A DNA stretch of 63,912 nucleotides, the filler included, from Rhabdomonas costata (Eukaryota), in NCBI GenBank assembly GCA_019059605.1. It is 13 parts of 13 records of this genome, joined end to end, with 100 filler letters (N's around TTAATTAATTAA, not from the genome) between each part and the next. Parts side by side here need not be neighbours in the genome. Positions count along the whole stretch, not along the records: positions 19,809 to 24,628 come from JAHMHO010000146.1; positions 24,729 to 29,506 come from JAHMHO010000147.1; positions 29,607 to 34,385 come from JAHMHO010000148.1; positions 34,486 to 39,287 come from JAHMHO010000149.1; 9 more parts are not named here. The stretch is one strand, 5' to 3'. Made by a program: the position numbers and the translations under genes. Shown piece after piece: positions 24,250 to 37,400 of the stretch; position 1 is the stretch's first letter, and each line of letters begins with the position of its first letter. The notes under the pieces are model-generated. The model worked only from the letters and a program-made list of their open reading frames with translations, did not search any database and was not told the DNA's origin.

Positions 24250-25899
24250 AACGCTGTGCGTAAATAAGGCCGTTTGTTTGGCCGCGTTCCGGGCGCACTG
24301 CAGTCCGACGGGCGCGCCGAACAGACAATGGTGCTGACACGGTGTTTTCATCGTGCTTCTTAGTTGTCTTGAGGGCTGTCGTCATCCAGTTTGGCAGGCA
24401 GGGGGGGACGGCAGTTCGCCGAAACACAGCGGTTAATCCAGTAGATCTTTCAAGCCAAACCCGATGCGATAGAACAATCAATGTTCAAGATAAAACAGCA
24501 ACAACGCTTCAAGTGGGAAGCAATTCTGTCAGACCCCTAATCATGGATGACATCGATGACGCTGGGACACCTTGTGGCAATTGGAGATGTCCATCAGAAA
24601 CAGTTATTAGCCTCAAAAACGTACTATGNNNNNNNNNNNNNNNNNNNNNNNNNNNNNNNNNNNNNNNNNNNNTTAATTAATTAANNNNNNNNNNNNNNNN
24701 NNNNNNNNNNNNNNNNNNNNNNNNNNNNGTTGGGTGGTGTCGCACCCTTTGGGGGAGGACCTGTGGTGCTGCCACTGCCCCTCCCCAGGGCCTTGTCCCC
24801 TCCCTCGCCCGCCGTGCTGCGGGCGCAGCGGTACCTCGTCGGGGCCAGCCCGCACAGCAGCATTGGTGGTGGTAGTTCAGGGGGGCCTTCTCGGGGGGCG
24901 GCCCAGCAGCAGAGCAGCCTGTGGCGTGAGTTGCTGTGTCCAGACTGCTGTGTGCTCAGCTGAGAAGGCCGGCGTTTGTTTCTCTTTCCGTGTTTTTTCT
25001 CGGGCAGTAACCAGCCCCGATTTGTCTATTCCGGTGCGGTAACCACGGCCACTTCAGCCGTTGGCAGTAAAGGCCCAAACTCTCGCCGGGGGTTTGTGTG
25101 TTCTGCTACCACGATGGCCCGTGCGCGGGACGGCACCCGTACCGCCTGCGCCGATGTTAGGTTGAGGGCGGCCGTCGAGGTTTTGTCCGGCCTATTGGCC
25201 CCCCCCCCATCCCTTTTTTCTGCCCTTGCGCAAGTGTTTGGTTGCCTCGTGTGCTGTTGTGCTCTTGGGATGGTGTCACGAAGATGTCAAAGGGCCTGCC
25301 CAAATGGACGGGCGGGAGGGGGAGGGGTCGCCTGCTTTTGCTGTTGGCACTTCCAGTGGCGCGAAGCGGAATCTTCCGTTGCCCACTTGTACTCTGAATA
25401 GTTGGCGAGGTGAAGTTTTCTTACAATTAGCTCTGATTCTCTCTTGCCCGGAATCACGTCCGCTCCTTTTCACACATGCTTGTATCCGCCAGGATTTCAA
25501 AAACGCACGGAATCACTTCCCCTGAGGGCAGCATGCTCCCGTCCAACGTTTCATCCCCCCCCCCCCCAGGATTGGTTACCGCACGTCGTGCACGCCAAGA
25601 ATTTCCAAAGTGAGCCATGCTCGGCAGGTTTGGTTGCTGGGTTAAATTTCTGGTTGAGTTCTTTTTGGGTCATGCACAGTTGCGGGGGGGTTAGACGTTT
25701 AACACAGTTGGACGTGTAACACACGCTCCGAACCCCAGGCACGCTCCACCCCACCCCCCGTACGTGCGTCGCGTCCCTCTGGAAAGCCTCAGAACCAGAA
25801 GCATAAACCTGCCTTACACCGCCGCAAAAATACCAGCAAAATAATCACGGTCAACCACCGTCAGTATACACGGAAAGTGGTGACCGTCAAGGGCACAAT

Positions 25900-28300
25900 G
25901 CGGGAGAACTTTTTGCACAAACGGGGCTTGGCCAACAAGGACAGAAAAATTTGGAGAGGGTGTTTTCCAGTGCCACTTGGCATTGAAGCAAAGGAGAGCA
26001 AAGTGCAACACTCTGCGCATTCTTGGAAAAGAAGAGGAAATTCTTGCAAAGACATTTTTGGCAATGACCTCCAGCCTGCTCCAGCGGGACTCGATTCCAT
26101 TTATGGCCGTGCTTTCGGTTGCTTTGAATTGTTTCTTGCTTTGACCGGGATATGAGCGCGCGGTAGATGTTGAGAGAGTCGGGCCACACAAAAGCATTTC
26201 TTTTCAAAAAGGAAACCTTTGAGAGGAAGGACAAGAGAACGGGCGGAAGCATTTGAAAAGCCCACAACGGATTTTACTTTCAACCGACCTACTTTGAGAA
26301 GCGACCACCAATAGCGCCGTTTGGAGAAAGAACTTTCACGCCACCAGAAATTTACGCCCTTCGGGATGTATTTCTGCCCCGGTTTCACCTTTTTTTTTTG
26401 CCCCAACGACAGTTTTCCACAGCAAACTTCTTCAGCATAGCCCGTGCAATAATATTATGTCCCTGCACATCATATTTTTGCAGATCGGGCTGCGGACATT
26501 GAGGTTGAAGTTATTTAAAGGCATTTTTTCGGACGATTCTTTGATTCCAATCTTGCGGTAGAAAAACTTCGAATGGAAAATCGCCCCGCTTGTTGTTTAT
26601 GTCATGCTAGCCGCGGTTGACGCTTTCCTTTTCACGTCGTGCCGCCGCCGCTTACAAAAGCAATCATCTCCACACCCGATAGGACGCGACGCACCACCAG
26701 AATCTACTTGGACACGTTTCCGCCTTCCCGTAACACTGCCTCCTTCCTAGCGGAAGCCCACGTGGGTCACACAGCGTCCGACGGTCGTCTCAAGGCCGTT
26801 CCTTGACTGTCGCACACCTGCCAAATGGAATCCCCAAAATTTCGGTGGTGAAAACAACTCTGCGTGACACGCGCCCGTCGCTTGATTTTGGACCAACTCG
26901 CCATTGCTCCTTGGCCCCCATTCCGATATAAAAATAATTTTGGATGGAATTGGATTGATTTAGCTAGACAACATTGGCGGCAAGCCCGGAATTTGTCATC
27001 AAAAGGTTCTTCCATCGGCCATAAATTGGATGAAAAACGTCAATTTGCCAAAAGTGGTCAAACAGCTTCCGACACACAAAACTGCGTAGGGCCCATCTTA
27101 CGTCAGGGTGGTTTGGGTGAAGGGCCGCAACGTTGCTGGTTCGATTACGAGACCAATTTTGGGCGGCCTGACATGTTACCGTAGCCCATTTAATTTCCCG
27201 TCCGTTGTTGATGTTCATGCCGATTGGGCCTCAGCCAAACAATTCCCTCAATCAAGTTCGTGGCCTTATCTGCAACAACGCGCCGCCGCAGAAAGTGTTA
27301 ATAAGCTTGCTCTTCAAGGGATTCGGTTTACAGGTCCATCGGTAAACTGTGGATTTATCTTGGAATACCCATTGAAGGAAAACTTTGGCAATCACCGATC
27401 TCTCTTCCATTCAGCCGATTTAGGTTTCCGTGATTTCCATGTCCGTCACGTATCCAACGTTAAATTAAAATTTAGGCCAGCATTACCTGTGGCCATTCAA
27501 CTTCTCCATGTAGTAGTGTGGAACACACCTTATTTGGGCTTCCGGTTGTCAACATTATTACTGTAAAGCATTGCGTTTCAAAGCAACCCGATGGTAACTT
27601 CCAGTTCTTAAAGACATCGGCATAAAAGATTCCATGCCTACTGTTATCGAGAGTGAAATAAACACGCAATGTCTCCGCGCAAGCAATATCGCCGGCTAAG
27701 TGAACATTGATACATTGATCGAGCAATAATTTGGATGAACAACTGCGTCAACTATGTGCAAGTGTGTTCCATTTTACCAGTCATCACAATTGTCCCCACT
27801 GGAGTAGTGAAATAGAATAATCATTCAATTTTAGTGTCTCAACTGTACTCCACCATGAACTCATTTACTTAAAATTAACGTTTATGGTTAAATGCATGGG
27901 CTCAAATTCCAAGTGGAAGCAGCCCACATCATCGGTACGCACAGAATAATGCACTTGACTCTCTTCAATCATTTTATATTGAGGTCGAGTCATGCTCAGT
28001 TCATTATCCTTTTGTAGTAATGACCCGGTTCAAAACGTTTTGTCTTTCTACCTACAGTCACTTGAGAAGCAAAAGACCTCTTAGAACACATAAGCTCACT
28101 GGAGGCATATGGTTTTCCAAAAAAGATTGCTAAATAGTGACTAAACTGTATCCAGGTTCCAAAGATCTGGTTCAACCATGGTAAAAGTCAAAGCAGGATA
28201 ATAGTGTTCCGGAGTCACAACATCAGATGGCACAAGACCACCCAACAATCTAATTCTAATATCATAACTTTGCGGAATCAATTTAATGAAACAAATTAAC
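25900..28300 (-). pseudogene. Decayed intron-less ORF remnant, possibly retroelement or viral
   Basis: Mostly one frame with scattered stops: HPDVRWALRSFVCRKLFDHFWQIDVFHPIYGRWKNLL...EILGIPFGRC...DINNKRGDFPFEVFLP. Confidence 0.3.
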
Positions 28301-30395
28301 CACTTATGGTTGGTTTACCGATTTCCACCAGTATGAGCAAATTTATTGCCTTATTCCAAATAAGGTTGTAGTAGCCGTGTTTGCTTCTCGTGGTCGGTAC
28401 CAGTTCACAAACTACACGTTCCCAGAACAAACGATTTCATTCTGAGATTATCTCCGATTAAGGTAGCAATACGCAGAAATATGTGTTATAGTCGGAGTGA
28501 GATTCGGGAAGGGGAGCCTGAAGGCGAGGGGGCTGAAGGGGCTTCGGCCACTCCCAAGAGGACTCGCCGAGTCAATGTCGGAGGTGTGGCCGGAAATGTG
28601 GATTCTTCATTTAGTGGTGGGTCCACGTTTTTGCGCGGTGAAAAACATTTTGCTCAAACAGTTTTATCTGCTTCATATTGGAACCATGGGTTCTGTGGGA
28701 GCGTTAATCGCAAAGATTGTCTGTCCGTACGAGCAGTTATTAGATAATCTGTGTTTTTTGCGCTTGCGACGCTCTCAGTTGTGCCAGTTGCATTGACATT
28801 ACAGGCAAGGCACTTGGGCAGAAGCGATATCTTGCCTTAATTGATTCCTCGTGATAAATTGCTTGCCCTTGCCCAAAGACTCACTCGTCCCTCTCTTGGA
28901 ACTCTTGGACTTCTGGAACTCGCTAGATCTTGATGGTGGGGCATCCGCCATGCAAAATTGGTGCTTCACCTTCCTAGCGCAGCATGCGTGTCTCGACGTT
29001 CGGTTTTTATCACGGGCGGCTATGTTTTGAAGTGGGTGAAGTGGGTGATATGAATTGGGTGGATTTGACAACAACCATTTGACGCCTATTGCTCTGGGGA
29101 CTGCTTTTCTGGTTCCTCCCTCAAGGTGTTTTTTATCATTGCGAATCATGCCTGCCAGATTCCGTTTCCCGTCTTCGTGATGGCACCTCCTTTTCCCTTC
29201 TCTAAAAAGTGGTGCGAAACAACACCAAAACTTTGGCGTAACCTTGGCCTGCCCACCACCCCACCATTAATTGGACTGTACGACTTCGAAAAGCAGGTCA
29301 GACTGGTCATGAGGAAGCAGTAACCTTTAGCAGGAACCAATTGCTGGCTGCGAGAATGTTGATGCCTTCTCTTCTGCTTGCTCAGACGCTGGGAAGACCT
29401 TCGTTCACGTTGTCGAGTTCACCCCGCAGCCTTCCATGGCATTTGACTGGAGCCAGTGCGGCATCGCCACCGTGCCGGACGCCATCCCCACACCCACCAC
29501 ACACACNNNNNNNNNNNNNNNNNNNNNNNNNNNNNNNNNNNNNNNNNNNNTTAATTAATTAANNNNNNNNNNNNNNNNNNNNNNNNNNNNNNNNNNNNNN
29601 NNNNNNTATAACCGGCCGTCAATTGAGGCGTGGTTCGCGGCTGGCAACCACACCTCTCCGCTGACCAATCTTCCGCTGGGCGATACTCGGCTGCGGCCAA
29701 ACATGAACCTGCGAGCTCAGATGCAGAGCTGGAGCTTGCCCGTCACCAGCTCAGGGCCCAGCCTCAGTGCTCAGCCTTCCCATTCGTCCTCTGTCCTGCC
29801 CGTTTCCGTACGGATGCAAGAGGACACTCCTCCTCTCGATAGCAAGCCGGGCTGCTCTGTGTGCTGAGGATCGAGTGCACCCTTTTCTTGTTCTTGTTTG
29901 GCCTGTCTTCGCTCTTGCGCTGAGGCGCATCGGCGCAGTAAGCAAATGCACGGACACGCGTTTGTATGGCATCCACATGCAAACTCACGCAGACAAGCAC
30001 CTGTGCGCGGAAGTATTTACCCCTTTTTTGTGGGCGTGTGGCTTTGACTCTTTACGCTCTACTTTGCTGACTTCATGTGGTTGAGATGTGTATTTGGATC
30101 TTTTCGTAAGCAGCCGTTCCAACTGCAGTAAGTGCAGTAAGTGCTCATTGTTTTTCACTGAAAAACGTTTTCCACCACAGTTTAATTGTTTCAGCTTTGG
30201 TATGAGTTACGAAATTGCTTCATGAGGGCCGGTCTGACGGCATTCATAAGACACGGTTTACTGGTGTTCAACTCCTTAGAGGAAATGCTTGTTAAAGTTT
30301 GGGCGGTCTCCTTCTCAAATGCGGTTGCCAGCAGTCAACGTGATGAGGCGTGCGGTCTGAGGGCATACCGCTGTTATCCATTTCAGCGTTTGAAA

Positions 30396-32032
30396 ATGGC
30401 CGGGGACGGGAGTGGCGATGATTCCGGGGGTGCTGACCCCGAGCACTACTTCTCCCTGCTCAACGTCTCTCCGGATGCCTCCGCGGCCGAAATTCAACAA
30501 GCCTACCATCGTGCCTGCCACACCTACCACCCAGGTGCGCAACCAAGTTTTTCTGTGGCTTCTCATGTCTCAACAAATGCTTCTTCTGGTACGTCAGTGA
30601 TTTCTGCCTATCTTGGTCGAAATGTAAAGTACAGAATGCGTGACGGCCAGTCCATTTTCCTGTGATCTGATCAGTCATCGCTCCACGCCGTTTCAGTTCT
30701 CGTGCCGCTGGGACGAAGCGTTCTTTCTCTGTTTTGTTCCCACTTTTCTTTTTCACCGCATCATTGTCGCTACACTGGAGACTGTTTGTCTGCCATTCGC
30801 AGATAAGCTTATGGGTCTGCCTGCGGAGCAGTGGAGGGTTGCAACAGAGCAGATGCAGAAGATCAACATGGCCTACTTCACTCTGTCCGACGAGCGCCGA
30901 CGGCTGGCTTATACCCACTTTGGGTGCAGAGGGGCCAAGCTTCTCGCTCTAGTGCCTGCAGAGATTTCCGCGAACAATGTCCTTCAGGCCCTACAGGTCC
31001 ACGACGCAGCCGACAAACGGGTGGAGGAGCTCACAGACAGCCTGACTCACACCTGCAATGGCTCCATCACTGTGAACTTGGATTGCAGTGGCGCAGTGGC
31101 TGGCCTTGCAGGCTTTATCTCGGAGAAGTCGGCCGCTGTAATTCGAGTCTTTGCGGCCAACAAACCCTCGGCCCCTCTACCACCCGAAGAGACTCAGCCC
31201 AATGTTTCTCAAGCCGGTGAAGGCGGCGAGTCGAGTGCAGCCCAAGCTGAAACTTCTGGCAATGCGACCACAAGCCAACCGGCATCACAGACTCAGGCCA
31301 TTTCCGGGCAATCTTCTCGACAGTCGGTTGCAAGCTCTGATGTTCGATCAGAGCAGACGCCAACGATGCAGACGTCCCCAGGCTCCCAGGATGAGTCCTC
31401 GCCTTCTCTTGGTAAATCCAGGACGTCGTCACAGAGCCCCTCTGCTGAGTGCGTTTCTTCAGCGCCCGTGGCTGAGAATACTACCACCACAACCGATGGT
31501 GATCGTTCTTCTCGTGTGGGATCAGTCTCGGAAGGTTCAACTTCTGCTGCCTCTGCTGATTCGCCTTCACCTCGAGCTGGCAATGTCGCATCACAGGCAG
31601 GCAAAGGGGATCCGCCGCAGGAGCAGACAGCTGCACCTGTGGAAACGCCTGACCCCTATCTGCAGACCGTGATGGGTGCCAAGCGTTCCACGATTCAAGT
31701 GACGTCCACTCAGCTGTACTACCCTGCATTTCTGAAGCCTCGGAACACGCTGGTGTTCATGGACCCTGAGGCGTGTGGGGTATACCCGTCCTGGCCGGAG
31801 TCTCTGTGCCCCTCGCTGCTGTTCAATGAACAGGGGTATGTGGTGGCCTTCGAGCCCCCTCCGGAGATGCAAAGGGCATGGGGGGCGGCCTTCAAGCAGC
31901 ATGTTGGAGCTAAGGCTTCCTCCGCGAAGAAGGTCGCTTCACAGCGGGCTCTGCGGCCGAAGCTGTCAGGGGTGACTGTTTCTCAGCACTATTCGCTGTC
32001 GCCGGACCCCAACACGCAGCTCACAATTTATG
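30396..32032 (+). CDS. DNAJC11: DNAJC11-like J-domain protein, 3'-partial (exons 30396-30534, 30803-32032)
   Basis: HYFSLLNVSPDASAAEIQQAYHRACHTYHP/DK: splicing recreates the HPD motif. Then INMAYFTLSDERRRLAYTHFG and GSITVNLDCS (DNAJC11-like), followed by a long Ser/Thr-rich insert. Confidence 0.8.
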
Positions 32033-34485
32033 GTTTTGCTCCTTTTTTTTCTCTAGACACGCCACCGTAACAACATTTCTACCTATTTGCACCGCCAAGC
32101 TTACCAGGCAGTTTTGAACCCGAGATGGTGGTCACGCTAGGATCTCTGTCGAAGGCGCTCCTTTAAGTGAAGAGTCATAATAGCACCTTGATCTCCAACG
32201 CTCTCTCTCTCTCTGACACAGACGCATTTTAGCATAGCGTGCTCATTTGAGTGATCCCCCCTTCGAATTCGGAAAATCGCACAGCGAAAGAAATACGTAT
32301 TGCAATCAAGCGTCTTCTCCCTGCATGTGCCAGGTGCTCTTGATTTTTGCCAGCTCTAAGTTTCTTTTCGGCTGCGAGGACTTATCACTTTACATTGTCC
32401 ATATCTTAGCGACTTAAGCGGCAGTCTGCACAGAAGCAGCAACAAGAGTTGCAGGATGCTGCACAATCGCATCTAAAAAGGGGGCACCTCCAGGGCCATA
32501 TCGTCGCAGTTCAGGCGGTCGGAGATGCCCTGGCCGGCCTGGGTCTGCTCGAAGAACGTGATAAGGTGCCGCAGCCGCTTGAGGTGGGCCTTAATCTTGC
32601 CCCCGCTGCCCGAGGGGCCCGAGTCAGGCTCCTCTCCGGCCGGGGAAGTCGACGTCATTCGGTTGCTGTCGGCGCGTGCGCGGTTGTGCGCGTGCTTGTG
32701 AGCCACACTGCAAGCAGGCTGCTGCACTGGCCCTCGGGCTAATGTTATGGTGACACCATACAAGGCATCCAAGGAAATGGGACTCGAGTTTTGACGTTTT
32801 GAACGTCGGTCAGGCACATTCAGGAAAGGTGGAAGGGTGCTTGCTGTTGCCATAGGGTTCCGCTCGGACCCCCCCCCGTCCTCGTGACTTCGCACTGGGT
32901 AGTTCGATACCCTGACCGGGTGACCATCCGAGGAGTTCACCGTGGAGAACATCCTGCTGACCAGCGAGTTTGTTTCCAACCTTCCGGAATACTTTTCTCA
33001 TTTCTATCCTTTACATTACATCGCTTCCCCCTTCTTCCCTATGAACTGCGAACCTGTCAACCACCGGTAGAATCACCCTGTATTCAAAAAGTGAAAAAGT
33101 GGAGAGGGGCTCTTGCTTGGTTTTTGTGAACAAGTAGGCTTTGAGACCACAGGCCATGTGCGGGACGATACAAACGAAAATTTTTCCAGGGCCACTTCAA
33201 ACGTCAAGAGACATTAGGGGCGGGCGTGGCACAAAAGTGGAGTGATATGCAGAGACTCTGAGAAAGCCCGAGATTGCGGAAACCGCAGTGTCCCGTTAGT
33301 CTCCCCCTCAACCTTAGATGGGCTTAAGTGGAAGTGGAAGTGTCCCAGAAGGGCTTGAGACCGACAAGCGGTTGAGTTGGAATCACTTCTGGGGTTGGTC
33401 TACAGGGTTCGCACACCTGTACCAGAGCTTGTGTAGGGAACCCGGGCAAGCCCTACAGCGTCTGGTTCATCTACTACAGATGAGCCCTGTTTGGAGTCAA
33501 AAAAGGAAGCAACAGTTACAGGTCCAAAACAAAGACAAAGCAAGTCCTCATACGCACCACAGAAGAAGAAATCTGTTGGAGAAGAAAGGGTAAAAAACGA
33601 ATCATCTCTCCATGAAGACCTACGATACGATACTTTAAGCAATCAGAAACTGTCTTCCATCTAATGCCCACAACTTTGATAAGTTGAGCTGGGTCCATTC
33701 TGCTGAGCTTGGGTGCACGTATGTAAAGCGGGGCAAGAGCACTCTGCACACGCGCGGGTCCGAAGAGTAGATTACACAGAATTACCGATGCAGTTGTGAG
33801 TCCAATCGACGAATGAATACCTTTAGAGCTGAAAGAAGGTGCGGTTAATGTTGCAGTTTTACATTAATTGCTGGACGAGGTTGCGGGGTTCTACTCCGTG
33901 ATCCATCGTTCCATCGGGTCAGGTTAGAGGCAAGGGTCTACAATATACCAACGGAAAAATACTGCCTTATCCCACAGGGTCAAAACGTGCTGCAGCACCC
34001 ACAATGTTACCCTGGAGGGAACCATCCTTGAGAGGTAACATCCTCATTGAATCTATTGCTAACAGTACACAGTGCCCTAGTAGCAAGTGCTTGAATCTCA
34101 CCGCAAAAAAAAATCGTAGTTGGACGCAGGTTCTCGGCTACGGTTTCTCGCCACCCGCATCCCCGTATGCAGATCCTAACGCAGAATAAGTCTGAAAATC
34201 CTGTGCCGTTGTGAAGTGAACCGGTTTCCCGCGGCTCAAAAGGTAATGGGGGGCGGGAGCACTCAAGCAACACGGGTTACACGCTAGGAACGTCTTTCCT
34301 TTTCATCCGCCTTTCGGGTCTCTGCTTTCTGACTTCCTTCTTTCAGCCCTCACTCTGTCGCTCAATTCCAACACCCACACCCACCNNNNNNNNNNNNNNN
34401 NNNNNNNNNNNNNNNNNNNNNNNNNNNNNTTAATTAATTAANNNNNNNNNNNNNNNNNNNNNNNNNNNNNNNNNNNNNNNNNNNN

Positions 34486-37400
34486 AGCCTCCAAGATTTG
34501 GAGGCATGAAAACATACAATTGGGAGGGTGTCAATCCTGACGGTTATTTCCTAGACAAATTAGAGCCAATACCATCAGCTTTACCGTCTTTCCAGAAATT
34601 GTTCAAAGTATAGGCAAAAGATTTATAAATAAAATGAAAAATATAAAAAAAAAAAGAAGAAGAATAAGGGAAGAAATTAGAAATATAATTTGAAGTAGAG
34701 AAAATATGAGAAGAGAAATAAAGATGATTATGAGTTGGAGGAGGAAAGAAGGAAAAAGAAGAAAGAAAAGGGAGAGGAAGGGAGGGGAGGGGGGAAGGGG
34801 GAAAAGAAGGAAAAGAAGGGGGAGAGGGAGGAAGAAGGGGGAGAAGAAGAGAGGAAAAAGGAGGGGGAGGGGAAAGAGGGGGGGGGGAAAGAAGAGAAGA
34901 AAAGAGAGAAGGAGAAGAAGGAGGGGGAGAAGAAAGAAGAGAAGGGGGGGAAGAGAAAGGGGAGGGAGGAGGAGGGAGGGAAGGAGGAGAAGGAAGGAAA
35001 GAAAGAGAGGGGGGAGGAGCAGGGGGAAGCGCGGCAAGAGAGGGAGGAGGGGAAAGGGGAAGGGGAGGAAGCGAGGGGGGAGGAGAAAAGAAGGAGGAAA
35101 AAAGAAAAGAAGAGGAAGAAGAAGAAAAAGAAAGAGAAAAAGAAGGAAGAGAAGGAAAGGAAGAAGAAAGAGAAGAAAGAGGAGAAGGGAAGGGAGAAGA
35201 GGAAGAAGGGAAAAAAAGGAAAAAAAAAGAAAGAAAAGGAGAAGAAAAGGAAGAAGGGAAAGAAGGAAAAGGAAAGGAAAGAAGGAAGGGAAAAGAGGGA
35301 GAAAGAGAAAAAGAAAAAAAACGAGGGAAGGAAGAAGAAGGGGGAGGAAAAGGAGAGAAGGGAAGGGAAGAGGGAAGAAAAGAAGAAAAAAGGAAGAAAG
35401 GAGGGGGAGAGGGAGAAAGAAAAGAAAAGGGAAGGAAAAAGGAGGAGGAGGGGGGAAAGAAGAAAAAAAAGGGAGAAAGGGAGAAAAAAGAAAGAGAAGA
35501 AGAAAGAAAGAAAGAAAGAGAAAAAAAAAGAAAGAAAAGAAAGGAAGGGGAGGGAGAAAAAGAAGAGAGGGAAGAAAAGGAGGAAGAGAAAAAAAGAAGA
35601 GGAAGGGAGGAGAGGTAAAGGGAGAAAAAAAAAGGAAAAAAAAAGAAAAAGGAGGGAAAGGAGGAAGGGGAAGGAAGGAAAGAGGAAAAAAGGAAGGGAA
35701 GGGAGAAGAAAAAAAAGCAGGGAGAAAAGAAAAAGGAGAAAAAGAAGAGGAAGGAGGGAGGGGAGGAGGAAAAGAAGAAGAAGAAAAGAGAAAAAAAAAG
35801 GAAAAAAAGGGAGGGGAGGAAGAAAAAGAAAGAGAAGAAAAAAAAGAAAAAAACGGATGAGAGGAGGGGAAAGAGGGAGAAAGAGGAAGGAAAGGAAGAA
35901 AAAAAAAAGGAAAAGAAGGAAAAGGAAAAAGAGAAAAAGAGAAAGGGGAAGAGGGAGAGGGAGGGGGAGGGAAAAAAGGGGAAGAAGAAGAGGGAGGAAA
36001 AGAAGGGAGAAAAAGAGGAGAAGAAAAAAAGGGGGAAGGAGGGAGAGAAAGAAAAGGAGGAAAAAGGAGGAAAAGAAGAAGAAGAAAAAAGAAAGAGAGG
36101 AGAGGGGGAAAAAAAGAAGAGGAAAAAAGGAAAAGGGGGAAAGAGGAGGAGGGAGAAAAGAAAAAGAAAGAGGGGAGAAAGAAGGAAGGAGGGAAGAGAG
36201 AGGGGGAGGAAGAGGGAGAGAAAAGGGAAAAGGAAAGGGAAAAGGAAGAGGAAAAGGAAAAAAAGGAAAGGAAGGGAAAAAAGGGGAAGAAGAAGGGGGG
36301 AGAAGAAGGAAGAGGGAGGGAAAAGAAAAAGAAGGAGGGGAAGGAAGGAAGGGGAAGAAGGAAAGAAGGGGAGAAGAAGGAGAAAAAGAAGAAGGAGAAG
36401 AAAGAGAAAAAGGAAAAGAAGAAAGAGGAAAAGGAGGAGAAGAAGAAAAAGAAAGGAAAAAAGAAGGAAGAGAAAGGGAAAGAGGAGGAAAGGGGAAAGA
36501 AAAAAAAGGGGAGAAAGAAAGAGAGGGAGAAGGAAAAGAAAAGGGAGAGGGAAGGGAAGGAAGAGAGGGAGGAGAAGGAGGAGGAAAAAGAAAAAGAGAA
36601 AGAGGAAAAAGAGGGAAAGGAGAAGGAAAAAAGAAAAGAGGAAAAGAAGGGGGAGAGGGAGGGGGAAAAAGAAAAGAAAAAGGGAAGAAAGAAGGGGGGG
36701 AAGGGAAAGAAAAAGAAGAGAAAGAGGAAAAGAGAGGAGAGAGAAGGAAAAGGAAAGGACGGGGGGAAGAGGAAGAAGAGGGGGGAAAGAAAAAGGAAGA
36801 AAGAAAAGAAGGGGAAAGAGGAAGGAAGGAAGAAAGGGAGGGGGAAGGAGGAAAAGGAGAAGAAGAAGAGGGAAGAAAAAGAAGGGAAAGAGAGGGGGGA
36901 GAAGGAGGCAGGGGGAGAGAAAGAGAAGGAGAAGGAGGAAGCGGAGAAGGAAAAAGGGGGGGGAGAGGGAAGAAAAGGAAAAAAGAAAGAGAAGAAGAGG
37001 GAGGAAGAGAAGGAGGGGGAGAAGAGGGAAGGGAAGGAAGAAAAGGAGAGGGAAAAGAGGGGGGAGAGAGAGGAAAAGAAAAAGGAAAAAAAGGAGGAGG
37101 GAGGGGAGGGGGAGAAGGGGGAAGAGGGAAAAGAAAAGAGGAAGGGGAAAGAGAAAAAGGAGGGGGAAAAGGAGGGAGAGGAGGGGAAGGAAAAAAAGAA
37201 GGAAGGAAAGGAAGAAAAGGGGAAAAAGAAAAGGGAAGAGGAGGGAAAGAAAAAGGAAAAAGGGAGAAAGGAGAGGAAAGAGAAAGGAAAAGAAGAAAGG
37301 GAGAAAGAAGGAGAGAGAAAAAGGAGGAAAGAGAGAAGGAGGAGAAAGAGAGAAAAGGAGGAGGGGAAAGGGGAAGAAGAAGAAAAAGAGGAAAAGAAAG

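Noticed and set aside
26660-26680. CGDD as RdRp motif C of an endogenous RNA virus
   Set aside because: It is out of frame with the main fossil ORF, and motifs A and B were not found.
32880-32926. tRNA-like GTTCGAT...CCA
   Set aside because: No cloverleaf can be drawn and the T-stem does not pair.
34265-34287. Helitron 3' end (…CACGGG…GCTAG)
   Set aside because: No convincing subterminal hairpin, and the following base is not T.
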